From an uncultured delta proteobacterium (lineage in GTDB: Bacteria > Myxococcota > UBA727 > VGSZ01), in assembly GCA_963775425.1 (NCBI GenBank), contig CAVZJB010000013.1, positions 128,001 through 192,000 on the forward strand: a DNA stretch of 64,000 nucleotides, given 5' to 3'. A program made the translations under genes and the position numbers. The notes under the pieces are model-generated. The model searched no databases and was not told the DNA's origin. It saw nothing but the letters and a program-made list of their open reading frames with translations. Of the stretch, positions 57,211 through 64,000 are shown in pieces (positions within the stretch are counted from its first letter, which is position 1; each line of letters opens with the position of its first letter).

Positions 57211-58707
57211 TCAGGGGACGGCGGCCACGTCGACGACCGCCCGCAACAGCGTCTCCAGGCCGCGCTGCACGTTCTGCTTGGAGACGTGCTCGCCGTCGCC
57301 GTGCATGCCGCCCATGTCTTGCTGCGAGACGACGAAGGGGACGAAGCCGTAGCTGCGCGTGCCCTTGGCGCGCAGGAAGATGGAGTCGGTGAAGCCGGGG
57401 GACAAGAGCGGCCCGGCCACCACGCGCTTTTCGCCGTACTTCTCGGCGACGGCGACGGCGTGGTGGGCGAGCGCGCGATAGAAGGGATCGTCCCACTCGG
57501 AGACCGCCGCGCTCATCGGCTGCTGCAGCACGTCGAAGCGCACGCCGGGGATGTCGCCGACGAGCGCCTGCAGCTCGTCGCGCACCTGCTTGGGCGTGGT
57601 GCCCGGCAGGAGACGCACGTCGTACTGCGCGTAGACCTCGGACGGGACCACGTTGGGCTCGTGGGCGCCGGCGAAGCCGGTGAGGTTGACGGTGTTGGTG
57701 ATGATGGCGCGCGTGAGCGGCTTGTCCAGGAGGCGGCTCTTCACGAACGCATCGACGAGCGCGGGCCTTTCGAGGATGAAGCCGTTCACGCCCCCGACCT
57801 CGCGGCCGGCGATGCTCAGGAGCTCGTAGATGGACGGCGTGATGCGCGCCTCGGTCTGCCGCAGCGAGATGCGCCGCATGGCCTCGAGGAGCTTGCCCGG
57901 CGCGCGCCCGTCGACGGGGGTGCTGCCGTGGCCCGGCGGCCCGGTCGCCGTCATGCGCAGCCACTCGACGCCTTTTTCGCCAACGGAGATCGGAAACACC
58001 GTCTGGCCGTCGAAGAGCGCGTCCCTCACGCCCATGCCGCCTTCGTTCACGGACTCCGCGCAGCGCAGCTCCTGCCAGTGCTTGTCCACGGCGTTCCTCA
58101 TGCCTGCGCTGTTCACCTCCTCGTCGGCGACGGCGAGGAGGATGACGTCGCGGTCGAGCTTGAGGTGCAGGCGCTTCATCCAGCGAAGGACCTCGGTCTC
58201 CAGGAGGCCCATGCCCTTCATGTCGAGGGTGCCGCGGCCCCACAGGACGCCGTCTTCCACGGTGCCGTCGAAGGGGCCCTTGCCCTTGGGCCAGCGCGCG
58301 GGCTCGGCGGTGACGACGTCGATGTGGCTGACGAGGCACAGGGGGCCCTTGCCGCTCCTGGCCGCCGGGTCCGCGGCGAGGCGCGCGACCAGGGTGACCC
58401 GCCGCGGGTCGTTTTCGTCGACGGACCACTGCTCGCTCGCGATGTCGTCCTTTTGCAGGAGCGCGGCGAGCACGTCGGCGCCGGGCTTTTCGCCGCCGGT
58501 GCCGTCTTTGCGCGGCGGGTTGGTGGTGTCCGCCATGATGTACGCGCGCAGGTCGGTGAAGGCTTCGTCGCCGGCCTGGGTCCAGTCGACGGCGTCGAGG
58601 GCGCTCTCCGCCGGCGACGGCGGCTGATCCTTGGGCGGCGGGACCGTGGCGCAGGCGGCGGCGGCGAGCGCGACGACGACGAGCGGCGGCCGGGCTACTG
58701 CGCGCAC
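57211..58707 (-). CDS. M20/M25/M40 metallohydrolase lipoprotein
   Basis: AAAC lipobox; SHIDVV, WGRGTLDMKG, ADEE, NEGG, GHGS, GFTDS, MHGDGE. Confidence 0.9.
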   Translation of the reverse strand: MRAVARPPLVVVALAAAACATVPPPKDQPPSPAESALDAVDWTQAGDEAFTDLRAYIMADTTNPPRKDGTGGEKPGADVLAALLQKDDIASEQWSVDENDPRRVTLVARLAADPAARSGKGPLCLVSHIDVVTAEPARWPKGKGPFDGTVEDGVLWGRGTLDMKGMGLLETEVLRWMKRLHLKLDRDVILLAVADEEVNSAGMRNAVDKHWQELRCAESVNEGGMGVRDALFDGQTVFPISVGEKGVEWLRMTATGPPGHGSTPVDGRAPGKLLEAMRRISLRQTEARITPSIYELLSIAGREVGGVNGFILERPALVDAFVKSRLLDKPLTRAIITNTVNLTGFAGAHEPNVVPSEVYAQYDVRLLPGTTPKQVRDELQALVGDIPGVRFDVLQQPMSAAVSEWDDPFYRALAHHAVAVAEKYGEKRVVAGPLLSPGFTDSIFLRAKGTRSYGFVPFVVSQQDMGGMHGDGEHVSKQNVQRGLETLLRAVVDVAAVP

Positions 58708-59504
58708 AGGTCGTCCGTCTTTTTGTCCCAATCGATCATGCCGCCGATGGTCTGGTCGATGAACAGCCCGTCGTTGCTGTCGCCGAGCACGCCGAAGTGC
58801 ATGTAGCGCCACATGCCGTAGAAGTGCACGAGCTCGCCGGGCGCGCGCGAAAAGAACACCTCGAGCTGGTAGTCCTGCGTGTACTCGGAGCCGGGGTTGT
58901 CGAAGACGGCGGGCGCCGGCATGAACACGCGCCCGACGATGAACCGGCCGAAAGGCGCGCCGTCGATGTCGGGCACCTTGCGCACGCCGCTCTTCTCGGT
59001 GGCGGTGAACTGGTTGGTGATGAGCGCGTTCTCCGACGACTTGTACGTGACCGTCCACGTGGGGAGGAAGTCGGGCGGGTCCTTGTCGAAGGCGCGATCG
59101 TAGGTGGCGTAGGCCTCGGGATAGAGCGAGAGCTGGTCGGGGTTCAGGATGATCTTCTCGAAGGCGTCGAGGTCGCAGTGCACGACGTCGGCGATGAACA
59201 TCCCCTGCGGCTCCTTGGGGTCTTTGTCGGTGAGGCCCACGGCGTCGAGCTCGTCCTGCGTGATGTCCGAGAGCGTCCCGGACTGCGCGTCGGCGAGGTC
59301 GTCGGCGCCGATGGCGTCGTGGAGCTTTTGCACGGCGTCCTGCAGCTCGGCGTCGGAGACGGCGACGTCCTCCTCGCCGGGGTCGAAGCCGTCGAAGAAG
59401 AAGCGCGCGAGGCCGTCGAGGTCCTTGGGCGCGGGATCGCGCGAGGCGCAACCGAACGACGTGAACGCGAGCACGAGCGAGAGCACAAAGCGAGAGAGGC
59501 GCAT
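58695..59504 (-). CDS. Hypothetical acidic lipoprotein
   Basis: MRLSRFVLSLVLAFTSFGC lipobox; 269 aa. Confidence 0.75.
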   Translation of the reverse strand: MRLSRFVLSLVLAFTSFGCASRDPAPKDLDGLARFFFDGFDPGEEDVAVSDAELQDAVQKLHDAIGADDLADAQSGTLSDITQDELDAVGLTDKDPKEPQGMFIADVVHCDLDAFEKIILNPDQLSLYPEAYATYDRAFDKDPPDFLPTWTVTYKSSENALITNQFTATEKSGVRKVPDIDGAPFGRFIVGRVFMPAPAVFDNPGSEYTQDYQLEVFFSRAPGELVHFYGMWRYMHFGVLGDSNDGLFIDQTIGGMIDWDKKTDDLCAQ

Positions 59505-59597
59505 GGCTCGAGGTTAGCGGCCGCGTGGCCGCCGTCGAGCGGGCTCCGGTCGAGAGTTGCCAATTGAACATCCGATATATTCTGCTACGCTGGCGGC

Positions 59598-60221
59598 ATG
59601 GCGCGTCCCGTCGCCGCCGACGCTGAAGCTACGCGCGCGCGCATCCTGCACGCGGCGCTCAAGCTCGTGTCCGAACGGGGCATCGAGGGCACCTCCATCC
59701 GCGACGTCGCCGCCGGCGCCAAGGTCTCGTTGGCCACGGTGCTGCACTACTACGGCAGCAAGGAGGGCCTGTACGACGCGTGCATCCGGGCGATGTACAT
59801 CGAGCTCGAGGCGCTGCGCGAGGTGCTGTTCGCCTCGGTGAGCTCCACCGACCTCGACGGCCTCATCCGCGACGTCGTCCACGCGGCCGTGGACTTCGTG
59901 CGCACGCACCGGGCGGCGCACCAGATCCTGCTGCGCGACGTCCTCGACGAGGGCGGCATGCGCGCGGAGTACCGGGAGAAGTACCTCAAGCCGTTCCTCG
60001 ACGACGTCAGCGCGCTGTTGTCGCCGCTCACGGGCGTGCCCGAGGCCTCCGTGAAGCTCACCGCGCAGAGCGTGGTGCACCTCACGGTGCGTTACATGCT
60101 GCACAACCCGGCCGAGCTCCGCCTGCTCACCGGCGAGATCGACGAGAAGAAGGCCCACGCCGCCGTGGAGCGGCACATCGCGGACATCGCGCGCGCGATG
60201 CTCCTGCGGAGGACCCCGTGA
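59598..60221 (+). CDS. TetR/AcrR-family transcriptional regulator
   Basis: TRARILHAALKLVSERGIEGTSIRDVAAGAKVSLATVLHYYGSKEGLY. Confidence 0.93.
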   Translation: MARPVAADAEATRARILHAALKLVSERGIEGTSIRDVAAGAKVSLATVLHYYGSKEGLYDACIRAMYIELEALREVLFASVSSTDLDGLIRDVVHAAVDFVRTHRAAHQILLRDVLDEGGMRAEYREKYLKPFLDDVSALLSPLTGVPEASVKLTAQSVVHLTVRYMLHNPAELRLLTGEIDEKKAHAAVERHIADIARAMLLRRTP

Positions 60222-60997
60222 CACGTTGGACCTTGTGCGCGTCGTCTCTCGGTGCGCTGCTCGTCTCGCTGCTCGGGTGCGCCGAGCCCCACTACGACGC
60301 CGACCTCGGCGTCGAGGGCGTCCCGGTCGCCCCGGGCGCGCTCGCGGGGACGTTCGCGAAGGTGTCGCAGGCGGCCGACGAGGACGACGTCCCCGCGCTC
60401 GGGCAGCAGGAGGGCGGCGGCCAGACCTTCGCCCTCGTCACGCGCACCTGGGACGGGCAGGCGTACGCGGAGACGGATCAGGTGTGCCGCGTGGTGGACT
60501 TCGACGTCGCCGGGCTCCACACCGAGGTGAGCGAGCAGACCGCCCACTCCATCCCCGCGTACGACGTGGCGTTCGCCGTGGTGCACGAGACCGGCGAGGT
60601 GGCGAGCGATCCGTACCAGGAGGTGTGGGCGCTCACGGGCGTGGGCAAGGACGGCCCGCTGCCCACCGCGCCCGACGATCCCCACGTCATCGACATGGAC
60701 GGCGACGGCAAGCCCGGCGCGACGCTGACGGCGACGGGCCTCGCCGAGGGCGAGATCTACGTCGTGTCGCGAAAGACGCTCACGCTCAGCGGCGTGGTGC
60801 TCGGCCCCGACGAGGCCTTCGGTCTCCTCACGCACAAAAAAGAGGGCAACGTCCTCGACGCCACCAACCCGCTCCTCAAGAGCGAGGCCTCGCGCAAGCC
60901 CTTCCCCGACCCGAAGGAGAGCTGGTGGCACGAGGTCCGCATCGCCGACGGCGCCGGCTGCGACGCCGTCGACGTCAGCGACCTGCGCCCGTTTTGA
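60218..60997 (+). CDS. Hypothetical lipoprotein
   Basis: LLGC lipobox; DPHVIDMDGDGKPGAT motif; GTGA coupling to tetR. Confidence 0.75.
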   Translation: MTRWTLCASSLGALLVSLLGCAEPHYDADLGVEGVPVAPGALAGTFAKVSQAADEDDVPALGQQEGGGQTFALVTRTWDGQAYAETDQVCRVVDFDVAGLHTEVSEQTAHSIPAYDVAFAVVHETGEVASDPYQEVWALTGVGKDGPLPTAPDDPHVIDMDGDGKPGATLTATGLAEGEIYVVSRKTLTLSGVVLGPDEAFGLLTHKKEGNVLDATNPLLKSEASRKPFPDPKESWWHEVRIADGAGCDAVDVSDLRPF

Positions 60998-61028
60998 CGC
61001 ACGGCCGGCGGCGCGCAGGCGGCGGCGC

Positions 61029-61523
61029 ATGCGCTTGATCCAGGGCGGGCGCGCCCCGATCCGCATCGGCGAGGTCACCGTGCACGTCGCCCTCGTGGAC
61101 GAGGCGCTCCCCGTCGCCGTCGACGCCGTCGTCGTCGAAGAGGACACCTGGCTCTCGCTCCAGGCGGACAACGTCGCCGTCGACGACGACGCGCCCGTCC
61201 GCACGCACACCGCCGCGCTCGACGCCGAGCCGCTCGAGGTCGGCGCCGTGGTCGAGCGCGGCCGCGTCCTGCGCGCCGTCGTCGTCGACGTCGACGCCGA
61301 CGTCCCCTGCACCGCCGCGGGCGTCGAGCGCGCCGTCGCCGCGTGCCTCGCCCGCGCCGCCGGGCGCGCGCTGCGCATGCCGCTGCTCGGCAGCGCCCAC
61401 GGCCGCCTCGACCCGCTCGAGAGCGCGCGCGCCGTCCGCCGCGCCTGCCTCGCGCACGCCGGCGGCGGCTGCACCCTGGTCGTCGTCGGCGACGGTGAGG
61501 CCTTGGCGGCGCTTCGCGGTTGA
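61029..61523 (+). CDS. Degenerate macro-domain-like protein
   Basis: VDAVVVE, PLEVGAVV, LRMPLLGSAHG resemble macro motifs (DAIVN, GxAV, AFPAIGTG). Confidence 0.45.
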   Translation: MRLIQGGRAPIRIGEVTVHVALVDEALPVAVDAVVVEEDTWLSLQADNVAVDDDAPVRTHTAALDAEPLEVGAVVERGRVLRAVVVDVDADVPCTAAGVERAVAACLARAAGRALRMPLLGSAHGRLDPLESARAVRRACLAHAGGGCTLVVVGDGEALAALRG

Positions 61524-61526
61524 GCG

Positions 61527-62405
61527 CTACGGCGCGTCGAGCGCGCGGGGGCTCTCGATCAGCTCCTGGAGCCGCTTGGCGAAGCGCGCCACGGGGCCCC
61601 CGTCGACGACGTCGTGGTCGACGACCATGGTGAGCGCCAAAAACGAGCGCGGGACCACGGCGCCCGAGACGAACACCGGCTTTTCGACGACGCTGCCGAG
61701 GGCGAACATGACCGTCTGCGGCGCGTTCATGTACGGCACGACGAAGCCGGGGATGGAGGCGAACTTGCCGACCGAGGTCACGCTGGTGGTGCCGGCGAAG
61801 CGCTTCGCCGCGCGGGCGCTGTGGACGAGGCGGCGCACGAACCACAGGCGCAGGAAGCGCGGGGCGAGCATGAGGAACCTCGCGAGCCGGCGGGTCATGC
61901 GGTCCTCGACGCCGGCGAGCCCGGAGGCGTCGAAGCGGCGCCGCGCCTCCTCGAGGTCGGCGAAGACGGCGACGGCGCTCTTGTCCTGCGCCCGCCGCAC
62001 CACGACCTGCCGCGGCATCGGGCCCTCGCTGGTGTGGACCTCGACGGGCACGTTGACGTCGACGTCGTCGAACTGGAACAGGCGCGCGCCTTCGTGGATG
62101 ACGTTGAGCGCAGGCAGCTCGGCGATGACATGCGCGATCGACGACACCACGAACGAAAACAGCGACACGCGCACGCCGTCCGCGCGCAGCCGGGAGATCG
62201 CGCGCTCGGCCTCGGTGACGTCGAGCTCGAGCAGCGCGAGCATCTTGTGCCCCGGCGGCATCGCGGCGTAGCCGTCCATCGCGATCTGCCGCGACGCCGA
62301 CATCTTCTCCACGCGGTACCCGCCGACGGGCTCGGCCTTCACCGCGCGCGCAGGCGGCGCCTTGCGCGTCTGCCGGGCGAGCCTCCGGGCGGCGATCTCG
62401 TTCAT
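61527..62405 (-). CDS. Stand-alone 2-oxo-acid dehydrogenase E2-like acyltransferase catalytic domain
   Basis: ELDVT, GTTSVTSVG, GSVVEKPV, DHDVVDGGPVARF; no lipoyl domain. Confidence 0.85.
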   Translation of the reverse strand: MNEIAARRLARQTRKAPPARAVKAEPVGGYRVEKMSASRQIAMDGYAAMPPGHKMLALLELDVTEAERAISRLRADGVRVSLFSFVVSSIAHVIAELPALNVIHEGARLFQFDDVDVNVPVEVHTSEGPMPRQVVVRRAQDKSAVAVFADLEEARRRFDASGLAGVEDRMTRRLARFLMLAPRFLRLWFVRRLVHSARAAKRFAGTTSVTSVGKFASIPGFVVPYMNAPQTVMFALGSVVEKPVFVSGAVVPRSFLALTMVVDHDVVDGGPVARFAKRLQELIESPRALDAP

Positions 62406-62549
62406 CGCGGACCTCTCGACGACAATGCCTCGGGCCCAAGAAGCGTGCCGCGTGGCAGGCCGCGTGCCCCCGTGGTCGTCGCCCGGCCCCGGTGCGCGAT
62501 CACACGCGCGATGCGGGGGAGCGCGCACGCGGGCGCGGCGCCTCGACAG

Positions 62550-64000
<1,451 letters not shown>

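Noticed and set aside
59561-59582. TetR operator palindrome
   Set aside because: AT-rich but no convincing inverted repeat by eye

Overview
Very GC-rich bacterial DNA, most consistent with a Myxococcota-like deltaproteobacterium (RomR, Hanks kinases, DUF4398-OmpA/TSP3, Cys-rich lipoproteins). About 55 CDS; no rRNA, tRNA or CRISPR seen. Core genes: kynurenine operon (cyclase/kynB-kynU-kmo, kmo frameshifted), a FliA/WhiG sigma factor, iscA/erpA, yacG, a REC-GGDEF cyclase, ogt, romR with two CheW-like genes, several peptidases, tetR and a partial recQ. A lower-GC island (~20.4-25.9 kb) holds a 5' group II intron fragment, IS110 and ISKra4-like remnants and a trypsin-like protease. A GTAG-type REP cluster lies at 52.1-52.6 kb. 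Best candidates for novelty: (1) a bacterial homologue of the animal actin maturation protease ACTMAP/C19orf54; (2) two tandem FAM151/menorin (DUF2181)-like genes behind the sigma28 gene with a shared leaderless sigma28-like promoter, possibly part of a regulon of exported eukaryote-like enzymes; (3) widespread leaderless gene starts (TANNNT-N6-start). All family calls come from motif recognition by eye, not database searches.
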